NCBI GenBank assembly: GCA_000004985.1
Contig: GG738883.1
DNA from: Naegleria gruberi
Lineage: Eukaryota
Length of the DNA stretch: 64,000 nt
Direction: 5' to 3' (one strand)
Made by a program: the position numbers and the translations under genes. Below are positions 63,455 to 64,000 of this stretch, piece by piece; within the stretch, counting starts at the first letter, position 1, and each line of letters begins with the position of its first letter. The notes below the pieces were generated by a model. The model ran no database searches. It saw only the letters and a program-made list of their open reading frames with translations, and was not told the origin of the DNA.

Positions 63455-64000
63455 TTAATTTAACTTTTCAGAGTTTTGTTTGAAACTAAAGTTGAGTACA
63501 GTCATTGATAATGTATCAACAAAAGTATTATCGTGAGCATCGTATCTATTCAAAATGTACTTCAATGAAGTCTTCTGTTCAGCAGGAACAACTTCTTCAG
63601 TGACAGAAGCCATTTCATGATAGTTAGTTGGCATTGAAGGCCATTTGATCTTATTACTATTTACATTACTTCCTTCCAATTCCATTACTAATTCATAGTA
63701 CCGCCGTTTAAGGGTACTCAAAGAAACGTTTAACTTTTTAGCAGCAACACTTTGTGGAAGTGTCATGTATCTAATCAAATCATTAAGAGGAATGTCAATC
63801 TTGTTTCTCTTTGTTTTCCTCTTCTTTTGAATACCAGATTCAAGCTTAAGTTCTTGTTTTTCTGGTTTTTCTTGCTTTGGGAAAACAGAAATATCCAAAG
63901 TATGTGGTAATTTGTTAGAGTTTGCAGTTGTAGTAATACTAGTTGCAGGGATTACAGGAGTGACAACAGGAATTGGCTGTACAGTTTGATTTCTAATTAA
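63455..64000 (-). CDS. RWP-RK domain protein, C-terminal part; the N-terminus lies beyond the right edge
   Basis: IDIPLNDLIRYMTLPQSVAAKKLNVSLSTLKRRYYELVMEL...KIKWP matches the RWP-RK motif (a KxKWP variant). The frame remains open upstream to position 64000. The 'M' at 63898 in the track is TTG. Confidence 0.7.
   Translation of the reverse strand, partial: LIRNQTVQPIPVVTPVIPATSITTTANSNKLPHTLDISVFPKQEKPEKQELKLESGIQKKRKTKRNKIDIPLNDLIRYMTLPQSVAAKKLNVSLSTLKRRYYELVMELEGSNVNSNKIKWPSMPTNYHEMASVTEEVVPAEQKTSLKYILNRYDAHDNTFVDTLSMTVLNFSFKQNSEKLN

Noticed and set aside
1-64000. Prokaryotic feature classes (operons, RBS, CRISPR arrays, phage or plasmid modules, defence islands)
   Set aside because: The sequence is eukaryotic. 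It has spliceosomal introns with GTAAGT donors, eukaryote-type initiator tRNA and 5S rRNA, pol III T-run terminators, and eukaryote-specific genes (TOR, TFDP, PARP, CUE, YL1). No direct-repeat/spacer arrays are present.

Overview
This window is eukaryotic nuclear DNA, not prokaryotic. It is very AT-rich, with genes packed on both strands, the standard genetic code with TAA stops, A-rich AAAAATG start contexts, poly-N/Q/S tracts, and GTAAGT...AG introns mostly 40-90 nt long. That fits a dictyostelid-type (Dictyostelium-like) amoebozoan chromosome. The species is probably not D. discoideum, because a solitary chromosomal 5S gene and several ~40-nt introns are present. Note that the supplied ORF track uses TTG/GTG as start codons, so many of its 'M' starts are artefacts.

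Contents, left to right:
- 1-4948: the 5' ~1600 codons of TOR kinase on the minus strand, running off the left edge, with one 72-nt intron.
- 5653-5901: a convergent tRNA-Pro(UGG) / initiator tRNA-Met pair.
- 7439-11705: an F-box-like/LRR gene family (7439-7927, 9260-10324, 10380-11705; a fourth member at 39572-40873), including an F-box-like + small-GTPase fusion.
- 8933-9052: a solitary 5S rRNA gene.
- 11757-12997: an RluA-type pseudouridine synthase whose ORF is restored by a 41-nt intron.
- 14278-15912: a secreted Cys-rich, possibly MACPF-like gene. A second paralog on the minus strand (37343-38831) is broken by four single-base frameshifts, all at short homopolymers. A third 3' fragment lies at 32438-32770.
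- 16003-17209: an actin-related protein with a frameshift at a T4 run.
- 17366-17436: tRNA-Asp(GUC).
- 17949-18365: a Yae1/Lto1-like gene.
- 22650-24089: a divergent, truncated HSP90-like paralog.
- 24574-25941: E2F partner TFDP.
- 27485-29437: a 6TM channel with a cyclic-nucleotide-binding domain.
- 29817-32441: gene A, with IPT/TIG + ankyrin + CUE + PARP domains.
- 33120-37113: gene B, with ankyrin + coiled-coil + protein kinase + coiled-coil + PARP domains. Its first two introns are tandem arrays of ~45-bp mini-intron-like units, and its ankyrin exon is duplicated.
- 41253-43713: a Dicer/Drosha-like protein with two RNase III domains and a dsRBD, spliced with a 40-nt intron.
- 43744-44770: an ABHD17-like hydrolase with 53- and 41-nt introns.
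- 45544-46314: a retropepsin-like (DTG) protease.
- 46526-49093: a PPR protein ending in an intact DYW cytidine-deaminase domain.
- 49355-52380: a large hypothetical gene in three ORF pieces.
- 52894-55935: a large IRG/dynamin-like GTPase.
- 56129-59281: an LRR + RGS protein.
- 62276-63220: YL1/Vps72.
- 63455-64000: an RWP-RK protein running off the right edge.

Cross-cutting observation: every apparent frameshift in otherwise intact genes (8 sites) sits in a short mononucleotide run. Systematic homopolymer-length errors in the assembly are therefore more likely than pseudogenes.
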